Of a DNA stretch of 64,000 bases, positions 1 through 17,070 are shown piece after piece; position 1 is the first letter of the stretch; each line of letters begins with the position of its first letter. Location: assembly GCF_009914755.1 (NCBI RefSeq), contig NC_060930.1. One strand, given 5' to 3'. Position numbers and translations under genes: made by a program. The DNA comes from the human T2T-CHM13v2.0 reference genome, Homo sapiens. The notes under the pieces are model-generated. The model worked only from the letters and a program-made list of their open reading frames with translations. It did no database searches and was not told where the DNA came from.

Positions 1-1791
<1,791 letters not shown>

Positions 1792-2405
1792 TTAACAATA
1801 GATTGCATCAAAAGCATTGAATATTCCCTCAAATTTGCAACTGAGTAGCATCTGCCCTTTTCTCCTGGCTTGCCCAGTCACACTAACCCCACCCAGATGA
1901 CATCACTCATGTTTTATCTATATTCATTACCCATCTAGTCTCTGGAAACATCTGAGATTTTGTCTCCTGCTTAATGTAAGCCTCAAAGGATCATGTAAAC
2001 CTGTCTCCTAAACAATCAGGACTACTTGACCTTAATTTATCTTTCTAAAGAATCTGATTTTAATTATTTTAAATTTTTGACCCTTTAAGGAAGGATATCT
2101 GCAAAGAGTCATATCAGGAACACAAGCATAGTTTCAATATTAGAAACTATTAGAAAATACATGTTATGTAATATAATTCAGTATATTGCTGGATGAAAAA
2201 GAAAAATATATGACAGTCTCCATATATGTGGAAAAATTTGATAAACTTCAACATTAATTTCTACTACAAATAAAACCTTTAATAAAGTAGGAATAAATTA
2301 ATACTTTATTAACACAATAGCCACCACAAAACCTAATGGGAAAGTCTAGAAGCATTCTCATTAAAGTGAGGAAGAAGGCATTGGTGTTCTTTATGCTAAC
2401 TATAT

Positions 2406-2804
2406 TGTATCTGTTGACTTCTTCTCCCATTTAGTAATAAATGGTTGCTGAGCTAGTCTGTATTTTCTAGCTTCACTGCTAAGTGTGGCTGTGGCCATGT
2501 GACTTAAGTTTTGTACAATGAGTTGTATTTGGAGTCATGTGTGCAATCTCCAGAAAATCTCCTTGAAGAAGATAAAGGTCCTTGTTCTGGGCATTCTTTT
2601 TTCCTCTTGCTGTTAGTTGGGAAATGTTGACAAAGGCAGGAGCCCCTTTGGGAAAAGAGATAGAAGCCTTACATTGAGAATCACGCAGTCCTAGGTCACT
2701 CACTTTGGACTTCTACATGATGAGAAATAATTTCTTTCTTACTTAAATCACTGTATTTTTGTAACTGTCTTTTACAGAGCTTAGCCTGTAACTTCATTAA
2801 TACA
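2406..2804 (+). mobile_element. ERVL solo LTR (LTR16-like)
   Basis: TG...CA ends, motif 'tgtggccatgtgacttaagtt', 3' end 'ttaaatcactgtattttt...taataca'. Interrupts the L1M. Confidence 0.6.
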
Positions 2805-3270
2805 GCATCTATTATTTAATAATGTTAGGGGGTTATTATCCAATATAATCTGACAAGGAAAAAAGTTTAAGAGTTACAAAGGAGGTAAAACTAGCTTATT
2901 TGCAAATTTTGTGATTATATCCATAGAAAACCCAGGATAATCCATTGAAAGATTGGACAAATAAGACAATTTACTAAATTGCTCGGGCAAAAAATAATAT
3001 ATGAAAAATTAACAGATTTTCTCTTTACAAGCATCAATCAGTTACAAAATATAACAAAAGCTTCTATTTACAATAATAATATAAATACTTCTGGAACAAA
3101 CTTAACAAAAATATACAAAACATATTTGAAAAGTTTTCTCAGGGATATAAAATTGGAGCTGAATAAATAGAAGTCATATCTGGTAGTTGGACATAAATAT
3201 CTCAATGTCATATATATGTTACTTCTCTTTAAAAACTTACACATTAAATAAGATTATATTTTGCACACTG

Positions 3271-3628
3271 AAATGGACATTGGTTATCAACACAACTCCA
3301 TTCTCAAATGCCTTCTGTTTCATTATAGAGGCTGGGAAAGCTAAATATCTCTTTTCTACCCTTTCTGAAAGTTGGATGTGGCCATCTGACACTTCTCTGC
3401 TAATGATATTTAAGTGGAAGTTGGATAAGATGCCTGTGAGGTGGCGTCATTTTGTATGCGTGAGGAACAAGCCAAAAGACTAACAGCAACCTTGGCCTAA
3501 CATCTCAGAACTGTTGAACCAAAGCCAGCTGCTAGGTACTTCCAGACATAGAGAAAAGTAGGCAACTTTTTATTTAAGCACCCCAAATGCTTTCTTGACT
3601 TTAAGTCCAAAGTTTTCCTAACTGAATT
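3271..3628 (+). mobile_element. ERVL solo LTR (LTR33/LTR16-like)
   Basis: 'gaggctgggaaagctaaa', 'gatgtggccatctgac', end 'ttcctaactgaa'. Confidence 0.5.
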
Positions 3629-3676
3629 AAACACCAATGGAATCTTTTTTAAACCATGAGGGAAACTATGAAATTA

Positions 3677-6210
<2,534 letters not shown>

Positions 6211-6454
6211 AAAATAACATGCAAAAATATTGAAGGAAATTCTGAAAAAGAAGAGAGACTAGCCCTACAGGGAAATAAAATAAAAAATAAATAAAATTAA
6301 AAATAAATAAAATTAAAAATAAAATAAAAAAGCTATACAAATTGACACAGCATATGAGGAGACAGACAGATTTTTGGAATAACATAGAACTTAGTAGAAA
6401 AAAATAAGAAAAATAATGTAAAAATTCGTGAAAGAATTGGCTCTCTTTAATAGA

Positions 6455-6750
6455 TTTTTAAATTTTATTTATTTATTTATTTAGAGAGAGGGTTTTCTCT
6501 GTTGCCCAGGCTGGAATACAGTGGCAGAATCTTAGCCTTGGGCTCCTGGCTTAAGTAATGCTCTCCAGCAGCCTAAGTAGCTGGAACTACAGGCATGCAC
6601 CACCATGCCTGGCTAATTTTTTTTGTATTTTTTTGTAGAGACAGAGTTTTGCCATGTTGCCCAGGCTGGTCTTGAACTGGACTCAAGCAATCCTCCTGCC
6701 TTGGCCTCCCAAAGTGCTGGGATTATAGGCACGAGCCACCACACCTGGTC
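6455..6750 (-). mobile_element. AluJ-like SINE
   Basis: Dimeric Alu in reverse, 'ttgcccaggctggtcttgaac...tcaagcaatcctcc', (TTTA)n tail. Confidence 0.9.
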
Positions 6751-7163
6751 TGGCTCCTAAATGCATGAAAAGATGCTTCATTTTATAATTTGAAGAAATG
6801 AAAATTAATGATAGGATTGCATTTTTCACCTATTGGTTTATAAAAAAGATGTTTCTTCCACCTTCAATAACAAGGTGGGAGAAACATCTTCCACATATTT
6901 CTTTGGTTTTGTTGAGAATATAAAGTGGTACAGCATCTACAAAAGGCAAATTTGACAATATCTACTAAAAGTAAAATTAAACACTCTATTTCAAATTATT
7001 TATTCTAAATATATACTTTCAATACATGTACACACACATATGTGTCTGTGTATACTTGTATATATGTGTGTATATGCACATATGGTATCTCACACATATT
7101 CCATTTGCTAGAAGTGACTTGGTAATAAATTTGGGAGAAAGTACTTTTTAAAATAAAGCTAAG

Positions 7164-7169
7164 TATATA

Positions 7170-7227
<58 letters not shown>
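7164..7227. repeat. Compound (TA)n(CA)n microsatellite
   Basis: Directly visible. Confidence 0.95.
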
Positions 7228-7228
<1 letters not shown>

Positions 7229-7232
7229 AACA

Positions 7233-7655
7233 CCGCTGGTTCTCCACAGTGTTGTTCAGGGGTAGGTGTGAGGCAGGAGGGTGTATCCTGAGTTCTCAGC
7301 TTGAGTTGGTACCAACTGGAGCCCTTTACAGCAGTTTTTTTGAGGAAAGGCAATGTTCAGCAACACCGTATGTCAGCATTTATTATCATGCTAATTCCCA
7401 ACTATCAGGGCCAAAACCTTTGTATTGTCGCCACGTGAATTATGAGGTTTTTCCAATCTGGTTGTTGAAAACAATAGGCGAAAAGTCCATTATAAAAGGA
7501 GGCTCCCAGAGTCTCAGACAGATAAATATGTAGGAAAAATGAATTTACAAAGGTTGAGGTACCAGAAATAAACTTCCTTAATATCATCCTTTCATGGGAA
7601 TTCCTTAGAAAGCCTCAGGTACCCCAGAAATACATATATCTCAGTTTGAAGACTC
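7233..7655. mobile_element. Possible hAT-Charlie-type DNA transposon relic
   Basis: Ends resemble Charlie/MER5 termini ('ctggttctccacagtgt' and 'cagtttgaagact'); heavily decayed. Confidence 0.3.
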
Positions 7656-8150
7656 TTCTTTTAATTCAGATAATATTTTACAGATTTTTTTAATCCTGAA
7701 TATTAGAAGGAGTTAGAAAGTATATCTTGGAAATGTCTGGAAAAGGCTTATTTTAGGTGTTATTTTCAGAAAAGCTCTAAGTATTAATTTTCATTTTGCA
7801 TTATGTTTTCATTATGTTTTTTACATAACCAAATTTCTTTCTATCAGAGTTGCCTTTACTTTTTATTCATATAATAGCACAGAGAACACTGATGAAGGAA
7901 TAAAACTGTTTCCTACTCAGTATCTCCCTACAGGAGTGCAGCTATGACATCAGTGCTTGGAATGAACAGTTGCCTCCATCAGGAAGGCAACGTGACCTTT
8001 CCTCTTCTTATTATGGCAGTGTCCCATAGGCCTCATATTTCATTTATGAAACTCTAATCTCTAGCTTTTTAGTATCAAAAATAAATTGTGATTGTTTTGT
8101 TAGTTTTAAAACCAAAAATGATCATCAAAGCATTGTTAGTATCTCATGAA

Positions 8151-8180
8151 TGTGTGTGTGTGTGTGTGTCTGTGTGTGTG
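8151..8180. repeat. (TG)n microsatellite
   Basis: Directly visible. Confidence 0.9.
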
Positions 8181-11100
8181 ATGGAGGGCTTCTTTTCAAT
8201 AATAACAACATAGGAGCATTGTTGGTTGAACACTGATTGCTATATATGTTGAAAGAAATTATAATATAAATGTCATTTGCTGGAAGTGACTTGGGAATAA
8301 ATTTGGGAGAAAGCACATTTAAAAGTAAAGCTATGATAAATATATCATTGTATATGTATCATCTTAAAATATTCAGAAATTTGGAATGTGGAAAATAACA
8401 TAATAATACAGTTAGCTTACATATAAAGAAGTACAGCAAGGAAATGGAATCTTTACCTACCTTAATATGAGAAGAGAAAGAAGATAAAAACAATCTCTTC
8501 AGAAATGCTTATCCATTTGAGAAGACCTCATATATTTTCTATCCAGTAGAGAGCAGTCAAAGTCCATGATGCTGTCATGAAATTCAGGCCTTAGTATTAC
8601 AGGCATGACTGTTAACACTGAATCATCTCATCCAGGTCCTTTCTGAGTAAGGATCTTTTAGAATACTGGACTAGTAGTCTTTCTTTGCATACAATATTCT
8701 TTCTCATACCTGTCCTTGATATTAAATGCAGTATTTATATGCATATTTACACAGAAGTTTATTTGGACACAAACAAAAAACATGTAGCCAGCTTGTGGTT
8801 ATTGGTCATGCTTTTAAAAATCTATAGTAAGTCTACAAACTATGGTATTTTAAAAAGTTTATGTAATAGAGACAAGCAGAAAGCATGAAGTGGGGTAAGC
8901 TTAATATTCCAGGAAAGAATATCCTAAGTGCCACCAGATAGGCAAGACTCATAATTACCAGAAGCTAACATATGACATCCTCGTGGCAATAGTAGTGATT
9001 GAAATACAGGGATTTTTCAGAGGTAGATAAATTAAAGAATAATTAAATTAAAAATCACCAAGAGATGATTAGATGATATATTCCATCTTTGTTACCTTGC
9101 TACCTTTCTCTTTCCAATTCCATCCTTGTTACCTTTCTCTTTTTCTTTTAGTGTGCCAGAGGAGATTAAAATATGGAGGGATGTTATCTAGTTATATAGA
9201 TAGAAAGTATATCTTGCCATTGTTTCTGCATTATCTAAGGTTTTGATAGTTATTATATAAAATCTTTGAGTGCAGATCACTTCTGCTTTGCTGATACAAC
9301 ATATTCTCAAAAATGATCCTGAGGGACTACTCTCAAGAGACAGCATCTTGCAAATGCACAGGACCATTCTATTTCTCTGTTTAGTCTCATAGACAGAAAT
9401 CAATCTGAAATCGTCACTGGAAATAAGAAGGAGATGTATTAGGAAAGCAGTAAAATTAAATTTTAGTATGTATATTTTCATGCATTCTCAAAAATGTGTT
9501 CATCTCTTTTCTTTATAAAATTAACATCAAACAATTGGAGACTCCTTTAGTATAATGCATTAAAATGCTGTCTTTATTTATGTATCAATGGCACTATTGA
9601 TTCATCATCAACAAGGCAGAGAGTTTGAGGTGGTTTTTCCCAGTAGAGATGTTGTCACAAGACAGCCACATTCTTTTATTTGGCCATTCTCACAACCAAA
9701 GTCATACACTTTAATTGGTAGACAAGAGTTAGGTATGTAATTTGTGGTCATGAAGCAAACTGGAACTAACTATCCCACATGTGGTGAGCTTAAATGTCAG
9801 GCTGGTCGGCTCTACTCTTGCCAGCTGAGCAAGTGTATCAGAGGGACCACTGTTAAGAATGGTTTGATCACAACTGTTAACAACCTCTTGTACTTTCCTT
9901 TAAAATGAATGCTTTTATTGAGGTTCAAATTTTTGTCATTGAGATTAATAATAAGTTTGAATTTGGTTGTGATGTTTCCTTAAAATATCAAGATTCCTCA
10001 ACCAATAAAATAACTATTTTATTGAGGACATTTGAAAATATTGTTTCTATTACAAAATTTTATTGGACAATAGCTTATTAATTAAAACAATTTTTAAATT
10101 ATAATTTAGTCATACTCTAGGTTATTTGGTAGCCACATTAGTTTTATTTTGGGAAAAATAAGGAGATACATGCCATCATGGGTCCTTGTGTTTAAATTTG
10201 AATAAGAAAATGTATTGTAGTAACAAATGTTTGGAATTTAGTTAGGAGCTGTGGTTTTTATCTTAATCTTGTAATCTAAAGCCCCTCATGCTCTACACAC
10301 ACTATGCTATACATTGCACAAATAAGAAACTACGACCAGTATGTATAGAAACAAAGCAAAATGGGCCCTAAGTATCAGTGACAGCAAGGAGTGAGTTGGG
10401 TGAGCTTTAGCCCTCATCTCCCCAATAATGTTCATCAGCCCTTCATCTTACTCTTTAATTTGGATAATGGATTTCCACACTCCCCTTAATTTTAATTAAA
10501 ATGTTATGCACGTGCAGCACCAAAACAAGTCCCCTAGACCATTCTTTCTTTTGGCTTGCTTCTCTAAGTTGTTTATACAGATAAACAATTCTGAGAATAA
10601 AGGTGATGGTACAGTTCAGTAGGTAAGGCCACTTTCCAAATCTCAGTCAGGGTTTAGAGTCAGGCTTTGGGGAGATCAGCTCATCTCAGGAGAGGATGAG
10701 ATCATGGTCTTGATGTGAGATGATGTGGATCTAAGCCAGCTGGTGGCTCCAAGAATCTAGTCTCAGATAAGGCCTAGAGCCAAAAGACATTTCAAGGAGG
10801 CAGGGTGGGTGAAATTTGGTATATGAGAGCATGTGGCACGAAGAGAAGAAAATATGAAAGATGATTTTACATTTTCTGGTCTCTGAGGGCGTGGATCATT
10901 TTGTGGAGAGGGGTAAATCTGAGTGTAGACATGCCAAAACCTAAATGACCTTATGTTATCTTAGACAGGATGTTTCTTAGATATCTTCAAACATAGGATG
11001 GACTTCAGGTCAGAGATTACAACATGGGACGCATATTTAAGAAGAGATAAAATATGACACTGCTTGTCCTTATGTAATCTCTTACTACCGTACTTCCAAT

Positions 11101-11539
11101 TCTCTTTGATCCTTTGACCATGGGAGTTGGGAATTTTGCCATTATTTTTAGTTTAACCTGTTTTAGTAGTTCAATAGTTAACAGTGTATTCCATAACTTA
11201 GGCCTTCTATACCTGCACAAGCCTATGCCTACAGATGATGCAAGGAGGCATGTTTCTATTCTTTTGAGGAAAGCTTTGCTGCCTTTTCAGGCCTGGGAAG
11301 TTCTTGCAAAGCTTTGTGGAAGTTTGACTTGTACTGGCAATTTAATGGAAATAAAACCCCAAAAACAAAAACAAAAAATAAATCTCTTTTGTACATTTTA
11401 TGGACAAAGCATCCGTATAAAGGAAATAATTTTGAAGATTTTCAACAGCAATTTATCCCACCATCTAGATGTGATTATATTTCATCTCCTCTGAGAGTCT
11501 ATGCTTTGCATATAAATGCTATGAATTACTGTTTTTTTT

Positions 11540-12080
11540 TTTCCAGCAAATATAATGAGCTCTGCTGTGTTCCAGGCAGTTTTATAGAGAAATAGTGTTT
11601 GGGAAATAGTGGAGAATAAATAAATAAGACTTCAATTCATATTCCGGGGTGATAAACAGGCAAAATGTAACATGAACCAATACATGGTGGGTGATTTTTA
11701 GATAGAGTTAAGGCTATGAAGAACATAAAATGAAGTGTTGTAATAGAGGATTTCAGGATGCTGGATTTAATTTGGAAGGAATAGTCAATAAGGAATTGAA
11801 TTTTGAATTGAGAGCTGAAAGACAAGAGTGTATAAGCAATGTGAGGCCATGGAACTAACATTACAAGGAGAGTGAAGAGAAAGTGCAAAGAGTAAGGCAG
11901 AGACAAAGTTGGCTATTCAAGGAACATAAACGACAACATGGCTAAAGTATAGTGGTAGGAGGAGAGAGGCAGGAGATGTGGCTGGAGAGGTAATTGGAGA
12001 CAGGTTAGATAGAGCCCGGGGGGCATGAAACATTCTGTGGACTTCATTCCCAGTATAGTGGGAATTCATGCAGAAGAGTA
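11540..12080 (-). mobile_element. L2 LINE 3' fragment
   Basis: 'cagcaaatataatgagctctgctgtgttccaggca' followed by a purine-rich body typical of L2 antisense. Confidence 0.6.
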
Positions 12081-12342
12081 GGATATTGTGGTAATTCTAA
12101 TTAATTATCCTTTTTGTAGCAAACTGTTACTTGTCAGCTTGCATGCATTTACATTTGTATTTTTTAAAAAGTTAAACAGCTTCTATGTTCTAGAATTTTT
12201 ATGTTAGAATATACCAACATCAGGATAGAAATATACATACTATAGTGCATTAAAGATATGCAGGAAATGTAACAGTCAACATGAGCTTGTGCTTCAACAA
12301 TTGTTTTGTTGACCCAGTGAGACTGTATTGTAGATGGTTCAC

Positions 12343-12475
12343 CTTTGCCAGGCAGAGTGGTACCATAAAGACAGACAGGTCAAGACAGACAAGTTTTCAT
12401 TGAATAGTGTGTCGGTGACCAGCCTCTGTCACACATCCAGAGCCATAACATGGGTGTTTTAAAAACACCCGGGAC
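12343..12475 (-). other. Candidate non-coding exon (133 nt)
   Basis: Minus-strand acceptor 'ttttatttcacattcag' and donor 'AAG|gtgaac'. Stops in all three frames. No transcript evidence available. Confidence 0.3.
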
Positions 12476-13170
12476 CTGAATGTGAAATAAAACATGTTTT
12501 TTTCAAACCTGTTGCTCAAAATGTGTAGGATTATTTTAACTGTTTGGAAAATATAAATTTAGTATTTTCATTTGATTTTACTTTAGCCAGATGGACTCTG
12601 ATATAATATCTATAAATGATTTGGCAATTTCTTTCCCTTAACAATTAAGAAAACACTCTGCCCTTAGCAAAACTTTTTTTTCCTTTGGCATGGAGTTGGA
12701 GCTGCCATCTTCTAATTTGAAGTTTGGGAATAATACTTTTCTATTCAAAAGCAAACTGTGCCAAGGCTATATTCTCTTTCTGGAAACATAAAGAGGATTT
12801 TGCATGTTCATGTCTATGATGAGGCTGTACGAGGCTCTTGGTTTTTGGAGGATCTGTCCTGTAGCCTGATAAGTGGGAAGGGTGTCCATGTGGGCCAACC
12901 TCTGACCTCTTTCAGCTTTAACAGGGAAATCAGATGGGGCTCAGATCTTGGGAACTGTATTTCTGGAGAGTTCTTTGCTAGGATTCTCAAGAAACTAGAG
13001 GTGAAAGGATGAAAGGAAGAAAATGACTATTTCAATTTCTCACCCTATTTCTAGCTATGAGTTCTAAATGGAACACTAAAGTTTGAGAATATAGTGAGAC
13101 AAGAAATACATCATAAATAATGTTTTCTAAATCTCATCTTCCAAATTGTAGGTTTTGTTTTATACATGTG

Positions 13171-13173
<3 letters not shown>

Positions 13174-13235
<62 letters not shown>

Positions 13236-13236
13236 A
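13174..13236. repeat. (TA)n then (TATG)n microsatellite abutting the Tigger4 TA target site
   Basis: Directly visible. Confidence 0.95.
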
Positions 13237-13654
13237 CAGTCAATTCTTGTTACTTTTGATAGTTATGCTTTACAAAATTGCCACATACACTAAATTAATA
13301 AACACTGAACTATTGCTCCTAGGGGAAATACAGGGTTAAGTTCCCATAAGCCTCTTGTGATATTTTTATCAACCAATCCATAATATGAAACTTTGTTTTA
13401 TGAGTTTTTCTGTTTAGTCACTTTATTTAATATATATGTATGTGTGTGTGTGTGTGTGTGCGTATACATATGTGTGGGAAAATATCACATTTGTGGGAAC
13501 GTGCATGTTTCAGAGACATACTTTTTTTTTTTTGCCACTCTATGCATATCTGTGAATGACTGCAAAAGTGCCCGTAGTATTGATTTTGTAGTTAAAATAC
13601 ATTTTAGTGAGTGAATTAGCAAATATAGAATCTGGGAATAATGCGGATTGACTG
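13237..13654. mobile_element. TcMar-Tigger non-autonomous element (Tigger4a/b-like) with an internal (TG)n
   Basis: TIRs 'cagtcaattcttgtta' and 'taatgcggattgactg', TA on both sides, motif 'ttgctcctaggggaaatacagggtta'. Confidence 0.85.
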
Positions 13655-16354
13655 TATATACATATACACATATTTGCATATATAATTTTTTGCTATTGTA
13701 TCCAATTTTTTTATTTGTAGAGGTGGGAAAATCTCTTTGTTTTGACACCTTCTTTGCATAATTTTCCAAGAGTAATACTGATTGTTGTAAACACATATTC
13801 TGAAGGAAAGCTTTCATCTTTTCTTGGAAACTGATATTTTACTCTTTTTAATCAAAGTAAAAAGTTTCAAATGATCAGTGAAAGGATAGCCAGAAAGTAT
13901 CAGTTCCCATCAACAAATGCACAAAGGATTCTAGAGTTTAGATTTTTTTCTCCTCATAACTTGGGAGAGAAATTCAAAAATATCTCAAGTAGATTTTCCA
14001 GCAGAAAATAGGAGCTTATTTTTGAATCCCTACCCAGACTCATTGGAAGATAATACAACTGAAGATAATTTGCTTTTTAAATTAGTGGTTATTTTTCCTC
14101 TTGAAATACAAGCATGAGTTCATCCTCTATAAATCAATAAAAGCTTGAGGTTTTTATTTTTTGTAAAAAGGAAATTGCATCATAATAGTAGTCTTGAGAT
14201 AAATAAGAACTGTTCATTCCCTAATGTCAGCATTTAAACCACAAATTGAATACTAAGACCTCAAATTGTTATTTTCATAGAATTTTAAAGTTAGAAAAAA
14301 AATTCATAGTGATCTAAACCAAAATAAATAGAAATAAACCCTGAAAATTATATTTGATTGTTTTTTATCAGGACAACACATGGAAAAATTCTAAGGAAGA
14401 AACAAGTTGGTAGAAACATATAATTTTGACTTGTAAATTTGCAAATTAAAACCATCAAATAGCCTAATAGCGAAATGTAATCCACATTAGTTGGACCATA
14501 ACTTTGTAGGACTACCTTAGTAGAAGGCTTGTACCTGAAGCACTGTGTGCTAGAAAGAATGTTGGAGTGATTGTTAGGAGGTTGGGATTCCAGGTCCACA
14601 CCTGCTACATCTAGCTCTCTAGTTTTGCGCACTTGGGTTGAACATTCTCAACCACAAAATATGAAGTTTGAATTACATAATCTTTAATATTTCTCTCATT
14701 TCTAAAATTTGCTGAGGCTCCAGCACAAAACATCTATGTTAGGCATGCATTTAGTTGAATTTCAGAACATTGTTCAAGAGTTTATTGTGAACAAAAAGGA
14801 CTCATAGAGTAATCCGTAAAGAAACAACTGTGAATCTGACAGTCCCATAATTTATCATAAAACCTGTGTATCTTTGACAGTGAAATGTGATGCTATAACA
14901 CTTAAAAATATATAAGCTTTTGAGATCTATATTACTTTACTAACAAATTAGTTTTATTATACTTGTGAACATATAAAATAGTTCTCATCAAAAACTATAT
15001 TCAAAAACAAAATATTTGAAAATAATTTTTATGAAGGCAATATAAGCATTATTTGTATTGCTTAACTTTAGAGATAACATAAAATACTTATTATTGGTCC
15101 ATATTCAGAATTTTAATCAGTGTTTCACTTGATGATTTTTTGATTTCTCTTTTTAAAAGTTTTTTTATTTTTAGATTGACATACGATAATTGCACATATA
15201 TATGGAGTACATAGTAATGTTTTGATACATATATACTATATAGTGATCGGATCAGTATAATTAGCATATCCATCACCTCCAACACTTTTCTTTAACAATA
15301 ATACATAGTTTCAAACAGCTAGAAGGAAGATAGTGAATGTTAGTTATTGTTAACTGTAGTCATCCTACAGTGGTATAAAACAGTAGAACTTATTCCTCTT
15401 ACCTAGCTGTAATTTTGTAGCCTTTAAAAAATCTTTCCCTATCCCCCTTCCCTCTACCCTTCCCAGCCTCTAGTATCCTCTGTTTCACTTTTTACTTCTG
15501 CAAGAGAAAACTTTTTCAGCTTCCACATCTGAGTGAGAACATGTGGTGTTTAACTTTCTGTTCTTAGCCTATTTCACTTAACATAATGTCCTCCAGTTCC
15601 ACCTACGTTGCTGCAAATGACAGAATTTCATTCCTTTTTATGGCTGAATAGTATTCCATTGTGTACATATACCACATTTTCCTTTTCCATTCATCTGTTG
15701 TTGGACAACTAGGTTGATTCTATATCTTGGCTATTGTGAATAGTGCTGCCATAAACTTGTGGGTACAGATGTCTTTGATTTACTGGTCCTCTTTCCTTTG
15801 GAAAAAAGCCTAGTAGTGGAATTGCCGGATCATATGTTAGTTCTATGTGTAGTTTGCTGAGAAACCATGATAGTGTTCTCTATAATGATTATACTATTTT
15901 ACGTTCCAACCGACAGCATATAAGACCTCTGTTTTCTCCACATCCTCATCATCATGTGTTATATTTTATCTTTCTGATAATCTTTATCCTAACTGAAAAG
16001 AAACGATAGCTCACTATAGTTTTAATTTGCATTTCCTTGATGATTCGTGATGTTGAGCATTTTTTAAAATGTATTTTTGACTATTTTAATGTCTTATTTT
16101 GATAAACATCTGTTTATACTATTTGTCCATTTTATAATTGAATTTTTTTTTTGCTGTTGAAAAGTTTCAATTCCTTGTATAGTACGAATATTAATCCTCC
16201 GTCAGATGAAGTTTGCAAATATTTTCTCCAATTCTGTTGGTATAAGAAACTGTCCTAATTTCCTGCATATACAATTTCTACATTAGCCTTATAAGGATAT
16301 AATTCTGTAATGTGTTTAATTTGTTCTGCCTATGATTATCCTCAAGAATCACAC

Positions 16355-17070
<716 letters not shown>

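Noticed and set aside
9188-9481. 97-aa minus ORF as a CDS
   Set aside because: No recognisable homology, and its start overlaps an intron-like pyrimidine tract; kept only as a possible non-coding exon.
9799-9830. 'ggctggtcgg' as the start of a Y RNA pseudogene
   Set aside because: Similarity does not extend beyond about 8 nt.
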